Positions 50,508-59,064 of a DNA stretch of 64,000 nt are shown in pieces; position 1 is the first letter of the stretch, and each line of letters opens with the position of its first letter. Source of the stretch: an uncultured Gemmatimonadales bacterium (GTDB lineage: Bacteria > Gemmatimonadota > Gemmatimonadetes > Gemmatimonadales > GWC2-71-9); the NCBI GenBank assembly GCA_963728915.1, contig CAVSLV010000001.1:416001-480000 (forward strand). Direction: 5' to 3'. Position numbers and translations under genes: made by a program. The notes under the pieces were generated by a model. It saw nothing but the letters and a program-made list of their open reading frames with translations. It was not told the DNA's origin and made no database searches.

Positions 50508-50620
50508 CTAATGATGTTCGGCACTTCAGTACAAGTGACCCAACCGTTCTGACCCGCGGCCAGGCCAAAAAGCGCTCGGCGGATTCCGAGTTGCGTTTCC
50601 CCGTTCCGGAATTCGAGATT

Positions 50621-50946
50621 ATGGCCATGCCTGTCACCCTGCGCCGGTTCACGGTCGACGAAGTCGAGTCCTGGCCCGACGACGGCAACCCGCTACGAGC
50701 TGGTGGATGGGGTCCTGCTGGAGTCCTTCCTCCATCGTCTATGACCGCGACATCAAGCGGGACGCGCTCCTTCAGGTCGGGGTCCGGGAAGTCTGGCTGG
50801 TGGATCTCGAGGGCCGGACCATCTTCGCCACTCGGCGGGGAGGACCAGTCGACGTCCTCTATCGGACCGTCATTCCCTGGGAAGCCGTCCCCGGCGCCGG
50901 CCCTCGCACCATCGACCTCACGCCGATATTCGCCGGTCTCGACTAG
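50621..50946 (+). pseudogene. Uma2 family endonuclease remnant with internal deletion
   Basis: FTVDEVESWPDDGN/YELVDGVLL jumps directly to SPSSIVYDRDIKR...GVREVWLVD; the central catalytic segment is missing. Confidence 0.7.
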
Positions 50947-51045
50947 GTCGAGGCTTGCGGGACGGGCCGCGGGGCCCCGCATTGACGTCTCGAGAAGCGC
51001 CTCGTACCTTCGCGATCCCCAGTGACTGAGCGATCGGAGAGCATC

Positions 51046-51714
51046 ATGGCGACCAGAATACTCTGCCTGTTCTGCCTTGCGGCTTCCCTGCATTCAACGG
51101 AAGCCCTGGCTCAGGAGCGGTTTCGCATCTCTATCAAGAACGAGTACATCGTCACGCTCAACTTCGGCCCGCTCGGCAAAGGCTCTCGTGACGGCACCGA
51201 CACGGTCGGAGGAGTCCTCGAGCGCCAGGGGAACAAATACGCTGGAATAGTCACGGCCTCCGTCAACTCAACCCAGACCCTGTCCGGATTGGGGGGGATC
51301 GGGAGTTGCGGGCCAGGCACATACCAGAACTCGCAACAATTGCAGGTCATCGGGCACGAAGCGAGTGGCTTCAACCCGACTGTCCAGACGGTCGATCTGA
51401 CCGCGGCGGCGGGTCGCAAATATCTCATCCTCGAGTTCATCCCCCCGCCCGGGGTGGCGCTTCAACCACCGAATCCCAATCCAGGTCAGGATCAGGTTAT
51501 TGACTGCCACACCATCATTGAGACGGAAGCGGGCAGGTTTCTCCCGCTGAATGACTCGCGCTGGACGATGGCAGGGGGTGGCTACATCATCGCGCTCCCG
51601 TCATCGGGAACGATCACGTACACCGACAACACCGTCGCGGCCGGTGGCGCCAAACTTGGGCCATTCACCGCCAAGAAATCGATCTGGACGATCCGGGTCG
51701 AGCGGCTGCCCTAG
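51046..51714 (+). CDS. Secreted hypothetical protein
   Basis: GGAG RBS, signal peptide ALA-Q. Confidence 0.7.
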   Translation: MATRILCLFCLAASLHSTEALAQERFRISIKNEYIVTLNFGPLGKGSRDGTDTVGGVLERQGNKYAGIVTASVNSTQTLSGLGGIGSCGPGTYQNSQQLQVIGHEASGFNPTVQTVDLTAAAGRKYLILEFIPPPGVALQPPNPNPGQDQVIDCHTIIETEAGRFLPLNDSRWTMAGGGYIIALPSSGTITYTDNTVAAGGAKLGPFTAKKSIWTIRVERLP

Positions 51715-51718
51715 CCGG

Positions 51719-52105
51719 TCACTCCCGGGCCCTCAACTTCTCCCACTCCCGCCGGTCACGTTTGGTGGGCCGGCCGCTCTGTTCCGGAGAGCGCATCCGG
51801 GCCGCCAGCCGGTGCTGCTCCCTGATCCGCTCGCGCGCCTCGCGACTCGCCGGCTCCTCGTCATAGAGCTGGCCGGCGGTCTCCGCGCTGCCTCGCCGCA
51901 GAGCGAGGGCTTTCACCACGAGCAGAAACTGGTAGGGTCCGATGCGGACCCGGATCCGATCGCCGGGGTGGATCGGCCTGGCAGGCTTCGCCCTGGCCTC
52001 GTTGACCTCCACGCGGCCCCCGGCGATTGCCTTCGCGGCAAGGGCTCGGGTCTTGAAGAGGCGGGCCGCCCACAGCCAGCGATCGAGCCGCGCGGATTCG
52101 AGCAT
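51719..52105 (-). CDS. hslR: Ribosome-associated heat shock protein Hsp15 (S4 domain)
   Basis: RLDRWLWAARLFKTR, GRPTKRDRR. Confidence 0.93.
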   Translation of the reverse strand: MLESARLDRWLWAARLFKTRALAAKAIAGGRVEVNEARAKPARPIHPGDRIRVRIGPYQFLLVVKALALRRGSAETAGQLYDEEPASREARERIREQHRLAARMRSPEQSGRPTKRDRREWEKLRARE

Positions 52106-52148
52106 GGACTGCCTGGGAGCGAGGTATAGCAGGTTATTCTAACGGGTC

Positions 52149-53279
52149 ATGAGGCCCGGCCAGCACGGGAAGTCGCCTGCGTTCGTGGTCCTTCAGCGCA
52201 CCCCGTTCAATGGCGGAGCGCCTCCCGCCGACCTCGGCGGTACCAATATCACGCCGACACCGGCCTTCTACGTGCGCGGCCACGGCCCGGTTCCCGCGCT
52301 CGGCCCGGAGGCCGGGACGTTGCATGTCGGCGGGATGGTGGAGCGTCCCATGTCCCTCCGGCTGGAGGAGCTGAAGCGCGAGTTCGCCCAGCGCACCCTG
52401 GAGGTCACGCTGCAGTGCGCGGGTAACCGGCGACGCGAGCTGCACGAGGTCAAGCCGATGCAGGCCAACGCCCTCCTCTGGGCGACCCAAGCCATCGGCA
52501 ACGCGACCTGGACCGGCGTCGAGCTGGGCGACGTGCTGAGAGCGGCCGGGGTCCAGCCTGGAGCAGCGCACCTGGCGATGAGCGGCAACGATCTCGGCGC
52601 AGCGCCCGACGGCGGCGGGTTCGGGGCCTCGATCCCGCTGGCCAAAGCCATGCAGCCGGGGACGCTGCTGGCCTGGGCGATGAACGGCGAGCCGTTGCCC
52701 CAGATTCACGGAGCGCCGCTCCGGGCCATCGTCCCGGGATTCATCGCCGCGCGCAGCGTGAAATGGCTCACCCACATCACCGTGCAGGACCAGCCGTCGA
52801 GCAATCACTTCCAGGCGAACGACTACAAGACGTTCCCGCCGGACGTGAACGAGGAGAATGTCGAGTGGGCCGCCGGCACGATGCTGGGCCATCACGCCAC
52901 GCACGGAGCAATCCTGTCCCCGGGCGAAGGCGATACGGTCAGGGCAGGGCGGGTCCGTCTGCGCGGCTACGCCCTGGCCGCCGGAGATGCGGTGATAACA
53001 CGCGTCGAAGTGTCGCTCGACGGCGGCGCGACCTGGCAGCCGGGCAGCTTCGAGTCCCCGCCGCGGCGCTGGGTGTGGGCGCTGTGGTCGGCGGACATCG
53101 ATCTGCCGGTGGGCGGGCACACCCTGATCCTCCGGGTACACGACAGCGCCGGCGCGGTGCAGCCGCGCCGCCCCGCCGACATCTGGAACTTTCGGGGCTA
53201 CCAGAACAACGCCTGGCATTGGGTACGCATTCAGACCGAACGAAAGTCTCCCGGAATGCGCGGGCCGCCGGTTGGCTAG
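52149..53279 (+). CDS. Sulfite oxidase family molybdoenzyme
   Basis: FYVRGHGPVP, TLQCAGNRR, MNGEPLPQIHGAPLR, SVKWL, VEVSLDGG.TW, WNFRGY.NN. Confidence 0.92.
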   Translation: MRPGQHGKSPAFVVLQRTPFNGGAPPADLGGTNITPTPAFYVRGHGPVPALGPEAGTLHVGGMVERPMSLRLEELKREFAQRTLEVTLQCAGNRRRELHEVKPMQANALLWATQAIGNATWTGVELGDVLRAAGVQPGAAHLAMSGNDLGAAPDGGGFGASIPLAKAMQPGTLLAWAMNGEPLPQIHGAPLRAIVPGFIAARSVKWLTHITVQDQPSSNHFQANDYKTFPPDVNEENVEWAAGTMLGHHATHGAILSPGEGDTVRAGRVRLRGYALAAGDAVITRVEVSLDGGATWQPGSFESPPRRWVWALWSADIDLPVGGHTLILRVHDSAGAVQPRRPADIWNFRGYQNNAWHWVRIQTERKSPGMRGPPVG

Positions 53280-53286
53280 GCCGTTC

Positions 53287-54372
53287 CTACCTCTTCCCCG
53301 CGATCAGGCCCACAAGGTCGGTGTGCACAGAGATCTGCATCGCGACAGCGTAGCCGTCCGGGAACGATGTCTCTCCGACCTGGTGCGCCGGCCAGTGGTC
53401 TTTCCGCAGTGACGCCTTGAGCAGCACGTCGGGGCTCCAGCGATAGCCGACGCCCGCCTCGCCGTTCATCTGCGTCGTCGCTGTCCCGACCCAGAATTGC
53501 GGGCTTACCGCCAGCACGAACGGATAGCGGTTGTGCTCGAAGCGGCCGGCGACGAAGAGCCGGGGCGAAAGCGTCGCCTTGAGCTCTCCGTACCAGCCCA
53601 GCCCATGAACCGCGTCGGTCATGGTGGGGACCTGGTAGGACGACCACGCCGCCTCGAAACGTGCCTCGAGGTAGCCCACACTGAGCCGCGCGTCGCCGGT
53701 CACCACCGTCTGCTGGAAGTCCTGCCACCGGGTTCCCGCCGGCATGTTGGCGTCGCTCTCCGGGCCGAGGTACGGTCCGTGGGTGAAACCGGTGCCGAGG
53801 CGAAGCTCCGGTCCCAGAGTCACGCCGAGGCCCAGCACCGGGCGTACCCGCTGTCCCGGCTCGGGCGTGTAGCGTTCGTTCACCGCGGGGAGCGAGACCG
53901 CTGCCGCGGTGTAATCCACCGCGCCGATCGCGCCGGTGGTCTGCACGCCCCAGGGGTAGGAGCCCGGATAGAGATCGGGAGCCCCGATCACCGGGTTGGT
54001 GTTGGAGAAGCGGCGCGGTCCGAACTCGCCCAGGGGAAGCAGGATCTTCCCGGCTTCGATCGTGAGGCCCCGTGAGTGGAGCCATCGGGCCGAGAGCAGT
54101 TCAACCTCCGTTTCCACCTCGCCGTCCGCGCCGGTGGTTCCTTCGACGTATCCGATTGTTCGCAGCTCGAGCGATGCCGCCGGGCGGTAGATCATCCAGC
54201 CGCGGACTCGGGCCGTGCCCATCGGGTTCCCATGGTTCTGGGCGAGGAGCCGGGAGCCGGAATCGGACTTCCAGAGCTCGAAGTCGGTGAGCGTTTCCAT
54301 CGCCGGCCGCTGAGCCTGGACGTTGACGGCCAGCAGCATGAGGGCGAGGGCGGGAACGATGAAGCGGCGCAT
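53287..54372 (-). CDS. Outer-membrane beta-barrel (porin-like) protein
   Basis: Signal peptide VQA-Q, AGKILLPLG, amphipathic strands, EAGVGYRW. Confidence 0.7.
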   Translation of the reverse strand: MRRFIVPALALMLLAVNVQAQRPAMETLTDFELWKSDSGSRLLAQNHGNPMGTARVRGWMIYRPAASLELRTIGYVEGTTGADGEVETEVELLSARWLHSRGLTIEAGKILLPLGEFGPRRFSNTNPVIGAPDLYPGSYPWGVQTTGAIGAVDYTAAAVSLPAVNERYTPEPGQRVRPVLGLGVTLGPELRLGTGFTHGPYLGPESDANMPAGTRWQDFQQTVVTGDARLSVGYLEARFEAAWSSYQVPTMTDAVHGLGWYGELKATLSPRLFVAGRFEHNRYPFVLAVSPQFWVGTATTQMNGEAGVGYRWSPDVLLKASLRKDHWPAHQVGETSFPDGYAVAMQISVHTDLVGLIAGKR

Positions 54373-54374
54373 GG

Positions 54375-56759
54375 CTAGGCGCGCTCCGGTGCGGTCACCG
54401 GCAGGTCGAGGATCTCGCGCACCGCTCGGGTCAGCTGGTCCGGCAGAATGGGTTTCTGGAGGAACACCGATTCGGGTGTCAGCACGCCGCGGCGCTCGAC
54501 CGCCTCGCTCGAATACCCCGAGACGAACAGCACCGGCAGGCCGGGACGCAGTGCGGTGAGCTGCTCGGCCAGCTCCTTGCCGGACACCAGCGGCATGACC
54601 ACGTCGGTGATCAGCAGGTCGATCGGCCCGTCGTACGCCGCGGCCAGCTCGAGCGCCTCGCGGCCGTGGCTGGCCTCGAGCACGTTGTACCCCTCCCGAG
54701 CCAGGGCGCGCCGCATCAGCTCGCGGACTTCGCCCTGGTCCTCCGCGATCAGGATTGTTTCGGTCCCCGCCAACGACTCCACCGCGGCCTCGGCGTCACC
54801 CGCCTCAGGGCGCGGCGCCCCAGCGGCGGGGAAGTAGCAGCGGAACACGCTGCCCCGGCCCGGCTCGCTGAAGACGGTGATGTTCCCATCGGATTGCCGC
54901 ACGATGCCATACACGGTGGCGAGGCCGAGCCCGGTGCCCTGACCGATCGGTTTGGTGGTGAAGAACGGCTCGAAGATGCGCTGCCGCGTAACGGCGTCCA
55001 TGCCGGTTCCGGTATCCCGGATGGCCAGCATCACCGCGGGGCCGGCGGGCATCGGCAATCCGCCGCCGGCCTCCTCCAGCATCACGTTCGCTGTTTCGAT
55101 CGTCAGGGTGCCGCCTTCCGGCATGGCGTCCTTTGCGTTGACCGCCAGGTTCAGGATGACCTGCTCGAGTTGTCCGGGGTCGGCCATGACGCGGCCGAGC
55201 TCGGCGCCCAGGCGGACCTGCAGCGTCACGTTCTCCCCCAGCAGCGGGCGCAGCAGCGCCTTCATCCCGGTGATGACCCGGTTGCAGTCCACGATCTGGG
55301 GCTGGAGCACCTGCTTGCGGCCGAACGCCAGCAGCTGGCGCACCAGGGTCCGGGCCCGTTCGCCGGCCTCGCTGATCTGCTGCACGTCGGCGCGATGCTG
55401 GCTCTCGGCCGGCAAATCGCTGACGATGAACTGGGAGTAGCCCAGAATGACCGATAGCAGATTGTTGAAGTCGTGGGCCACGCCACCGGCCAAGGCGCCC
55501 AAGGCCTCCAGCTTCTGCGACTGGCGGAGTTGCTCCTCGCTGTGGCGAAGGGCGCTCTCGGCGCGCTCCCGCTCGGCCACCTGAAGCCGAAGGGCATCGT
55601 TGGTGAGCGCCAGATCGGCCGAGCTCTTCTCCAGCTCCTGTCGCCCGCGGTTGAGTGAACTGATCAGCCGGTTGTAGGCGTCGGTGAGCGTGGCGACCTC
55701 TGCCGGGCTGTGCGGCTCCTCGAACGCCGCCGAAGCGCCGGTCGCGGCGCCCTTCCGGAGAAACACCACGAAGCGGGAGAGTGGCCGGAGCGCCGAGCGC
55801 GACACCAGCGAACCGCCCGCACCCACCAGCACCACGGCCAGCACTCCGGCCAGCAGGAACCGCTGGGCCAGGGAGCGGCTGATGGGAGTCACCGAGGCCG
55901 TGAGCGAGCGCATGAGGAAGAGCACCACCGGGCGCCCGTCGAAGCCTCGCCCGAGCGGCAGGCTCGCCGTCACGTAGTCCTCTCCGTCGAGCCGCAGCAC
56001 CGAGGTCGAGTCGTCTTTCCCGGGGGATCGGAATTCCCAGGGCGTGCCCGGAGGAGCTCGGCCAAGCGTGGAGGCGACGACGACCCCGCCGGCGGTCACC
56101 ACGCCTCGCATACCGCCCGGCTCGTCCGAGCGGGGCAGCAGGCTGTCCACCAGCTCGCCCAGCATCAGACCCCCGATGGGAAAGCCGTCCACCAGGATGG
56201 CCACCGAGCCCACTGAGAGCAGCGATCCCTTCGCCCGAAGCACGCCCAGCGCGGAATCCGGAGTGACCGAGTCCCCGAGAAGACTGGCGCGGAGCGCGGG
56301 AAACTGCATCAGCGAGTCTCCGCGCACCGGGCGCCCCGCCGGACCGACCGACGCGACGACCCGGCCGCCCTCATCAGTGACCAGCAGGAGGTCCCGGTCG
56401 AGGTCGGCGAAGATCTTCTCGGCTTCGCGCTGGATGGTGGCGAGGGCGACGCTGTCCCTGGCATCGGAGTGCCAGGTCTGGAGCGCCGCGCGCAATGTCG
56501 GACTGGTCGAGGCGAGCGACGATGACGCCAGGAGGAGGTGGAGGTTCCGGTCCTGGAGGTGGCGGAGCGCGGCCTGGCTGGCGCCCAGCTCGGCGACCAG
56601 GGCGCGCCGCACATCCGCTTCGGTGCGAATGCTGAGCACTCCGAAGGCGGCTCCCACCACCAGCGCGGTGAGCACTGCGCCGAGCAGCGCCAGCTTGACG
56701 CGGAGCGATGTTTCACGCACCCGCACCATCAGCCGGAGCGGTCCGGATCCCGGCATCAT
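54375..56759 (-). CDS. Hybrid sensor histidine kinase (TM, Cache-like, HAMP, HisKA, HATPase, REC)
   Basis: [52 protein letters not shown]. Confidence 0.95.
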   Translation of the reverse strand: MMPGSGPLRLMVRVRETSLRVKLALLGAVLTALVVGAAFGVLSIRTEADVRRALVAELGASQAALRHLQDRNLHLLLASSSLASTSPTLRAALQTWHSDARDSVALATIQREAEKIFADLDRDLLLVTDEGGRVVASVGPAGRPVRGDSLMQFPALRASLLGDSVTPDSALGVLRAKGSLLSVGSVAILVDGFPIGGLMLGELVDSLLPRSDEPGGMRGVVTAGGVVVASTLGRAPPGTPWEFRSPGKDDSTSVLRLDGEDYVTASLPLGRGFDGRPVVLFLMRSLTASVTPISRSLAQRFLLAGVLAVVLVGAGGSLVSRSALRPLSRFVVFLRKGAATGASAAFEEPHSPAEVATLTDAYNRLISSLNRGRQELEKSSADLALTNDALRLQVAERERAESALRHSEEQLRQSQKLEALGALAGGVAHDFNNLLSVILGYSQFIVSDLPAESQHRADVQQISEAGERARTLVRQLLAFGRKQVLQPQIVDCNRVITGMKALLRPLLGENVTLQVRLGAELGRVMADPGQLEQVILNLAVNAKDAMPEGGTLTIETANVMLEEAGGGLPMPAGPAVMLAIRDTGTGMDAVTRQRIFEPFFTTKPIGQGTGLGLATVYGIVRQSDGNITVFSEPGRGSVFRCYFPAAGAPRPEAGDAEAAVESLAGTETILIAEDQGEVRELMRRALAREGYNVLEASHGREALELAAAYDGPIDLLITDVVMPLVSGKELAEQLTALRPGLPVLFVSGYSSEAVERRGVLTPESVFLQKPILPDQLTRAVREILDLPVTAPERA

Positions 56760-57475
56760 GGGCCTGGTTGGTCGATGAAGGGAAGTCGCACGTTGATCGT
56801 GGTGGCGCGGCCCCCATCCACGTGCACCGGCACGGTGAAGGGCCGGATCCGCTCGTGCCAGGCGACCAGCCGGTAGTCACCCGGCGGCACGCCCTCCAGC
56901 GCGAAGCGGCCGGCGGAATCGGGGATCACGAAGAAAGGGTGGTCCAGCACCACGATGTAGGCGCTCATGTCGGCGTGGATGTGACAGAACACCGGCACCA
57001 CGCCCGCGGTCTCGAAGGTGACCGGCCGCGAAGCGCCCCTTGGATAGCGGCCCAGGTCGAAGGTCTTCACCCGGGACAGCGAGAACACGTTGTGGAAGAG
57101 CGGATCGTCGTTGGGGAACTGCACCGTGGTTCCGGTACGAATGGCCAGCACGTGAGGCACGAACCGCTCACCGCTCTGGCGCAGCTCGGGTGCTCGCACG
57201 CCGGAAACGGCGCGGGTTACTTGCCGAAGCGAAGGAGTAGACTCGAGGTAGAGGACTACGTTGGCGAGCGGGTCCGGGTCCCGGTGCAGCTTGGCCGGCG
57301 GGGTACCCGGCTCGTCGTACACCCGCACCCGAGAGCGAGGGACGACGAGGCTGTTGGCGATGCTGGCCACGCCCTCGATGCGCCCGGTCTCCTGCGACTG
57401 GCTGGCGAGCCTGGGCCGGTCCCGAGAGGGGCCGAGGATCAGGAGTGCGGCAAGCACGGGAAGGCGGGGGCTCAT
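56756..57475 (-). CDS. Secreted cupredoxin-like plus carboxypeptidase-regulatory-like domain protein
   Basis: F.PHVL, FPNDDPLFHNVFS, FCHIHADM (type 1 copper ligands), DSAGRFALEGVPPGDY. Confidence 0.85.
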   Translation of the reverse strand: MSPRLPVLAALLILGPSRDRPRLASQSQETGRIEGVASIANSLVVPRSRVRVYDEPGTPPAKLHRDPDPLANVVLYLESTPSLRQVTRAVSGVRAPELRQSGERFVPHVLAIRTGTTVQFPNDDPLFHNVFSLSRVKTFDLGRYPRGASRPVTFETAGVVPVFCHIHADMSAYIVVLDHPFFVIPDSAGRFALEGVPPGDYRLVAWHERIRPFTVPVHVDGGRATTINVRLPFIDQPGP

Positions 57476-57685
57476 GAAAGGGCGGAATGCAGAAAGTGGG
57501 CCTTCGGCTAACGCTGGTTACCGCAAGAACTTCGGTCTCCGAGATCGGGAGTTTTCTTCTCGACTTTTGGTAGAGGGCCGCAGATTGAGCGGACCTTCTG
57601 ACCTTTCCTTCGCCGAGGACCAGTTGGCAACCCCGCGGGCAAGCCCGATGCAGGGCAGGGTGGAGATGGCGATTGCCGGGAGTGC

Positions 57686-58906
57686 TCAGGTCGTAGCGCC
57701 GCTTCCCGGCACGCAATCCAGGCCCGCATTGCGCTGGACCGACAGGGTGTAGCTGCCCGATCGCGCCACCCGGATCTCGATGTTTCCGTGAACGCTGGTG
57801 CAGTAGGTCTGATTGCCAGGCTGGGCCAGGAGCCGGTTGAGCGCATTGATGCGGGGATGCGTGGTCCCGTTGCTCGAAACGATGGACACCTCCGGCAAGG
57901 TCTGGTCCAGCCAGGTGGCATTCCCGCTGAAGCCATTGTCGAAGATGGCGTTGTTCGCCCCGTGGTGACCCACCTTGAGCACGGTGACGTGCTGAATCAG
58001 CGAGGGGAACGTCGCGCGCCAGTGATTGTTCGCCGCGACTTCTCCATCGCCTGTGAAGAGCATCGAGAAGCTTCCCAGATCCAGACGTGCGCCCACCGAG
58101 CCGTCGTTGAGCAACGTCGCATCGTCGGTGCTCGCGTTCAGGTAGGTGGTGAGCGGCGGGATGAAGGTGAGGTGCGACGGGACGGCGGCGAAACCGAGCT
58201 GATAATCCCGCAGGCCCGTGACCACGATCACGCTGTCCGCCACCAGCGCCGCCTGGCTCAGCACGCTGTTGTACGAGGCCAGGTTCCGAACCTGGCCGTT
58301 GTAGAGAAAGCGCCGGACCCGCGCGCCGGACAGCACGGGGGACATCCCGCCGTAGTGATCGCCATGGGCGTGGGTGAGCAGCAGGAAGGCGAGCGTGTCG
58401 GCATGAAGCGCCGCGAGCTGCCGGGCCACGAACCCGGGATCGCTGCCGTTGGCGCCCGCAGGCCCCGCGTCGACGAGGGCATTGACCACACCGGCCCCGC
58501 TGGAATCGGACACCAGGATCGCGTCGCCTCCCCCGCCTTCGTCGTTCGCCCCGAGGTTGAACATCCGGATGATCAGCACGCCGCCGGCGGGAGCCCGGAT
58601 GGTGAAGTGCACGGTGAGCGTGGCGCTCACCAGTCCGACGTGGGCCGAGACTTCCAGCACGTGCGGGCCGGGGAGGCTGACGTTCGAGCCGGAGCTGAAG
58701 GCCTCCCCATCGAGCTGAGCCTGATAGGCGCCGCGGTCAATGCTCACCTGGAGCATGACGGGTGGGTCGTAGATGCCACCCTCGCTGACGCCGGACACGG
58801 TGATGTGGGGAGGCTCGGGGAGGTCGTCAGGGCCGCTCGCGGTCGCGCAGCCCAGGACCAGCAGCGCCAGGCCCGAGCCGATGAGGCCGGGGGAAACACG
58901 CGACAT
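57686..58906 (-). CDS. ComEC/Rec2-type metallo-beta-lactamase-fold hydrolase lipoprotein (no membrane channel domain)
   Basis: Lipobox VLGC; GDAILV, LVDAG, THAHGDHYGG, NDGS, LFTGD, LKVGHHG, HP, T..HGNI. Confidence 0.85.
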   Translation of the reverse strand: MSRVSPGLIGSGLALLVLGCATASGPDDLPEPPHITVSGVSEGGIYDPPVMLQVSIDRGAYQAQLDGEAFSSGSNVSLPGPHVLEVSAHVGLVSATLTVHFTIRAPAGGVLIIRMFNLGANDEGGGGDAILVSDSSGAGVVNALVDAGPAGANGSDPGFVARQLAALHADTLAFLLLTHAHGDHYGGMSPVLSGARVRRFLYNGQVRNLASYNSVLSQAALVADSVIVVTGLRDYQLGFAAVPSHLTFIPPLTTYLNASTDDATLLNDGSVGARLDLGSFSMLFTGDGEVAANNHWRATFPSLIQHVTVLKVGHHGANNAIFDNGFSGNATWLDQTLPEVSIVSSNGTTHPRINALNRLLAQPGNQTYCTSVHGNIEIRVARSGSYTLSVQRNAGLDCVPGSGATT

Positions 58907-59064
58907 TCGCGAATGTTAATGCAGGTCCAACCGGAAGCCCTCACGCGAGCTATGTAACGGGATGGCAACGGAGCAGCTTGACACTCTCAGTATTTCTTAA
59001 TAACCTAGCGGCGCAAACGCCGCACCCCACCGTTCCGGTCCTTCGCGCAGTTGGGGAGCCCTCC

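Noticed and set aside
34886..51000. Prophage, ICE or IS element explaining the island
   Set aside because: No integrase, transposase, phage or conjugation gene, and no tRNA, could be recognised
57686..58906. Calling this gene comEC (competence channel)
   Set aside because: It lacks the multi-TM Competence domain; only the MBL domain is present
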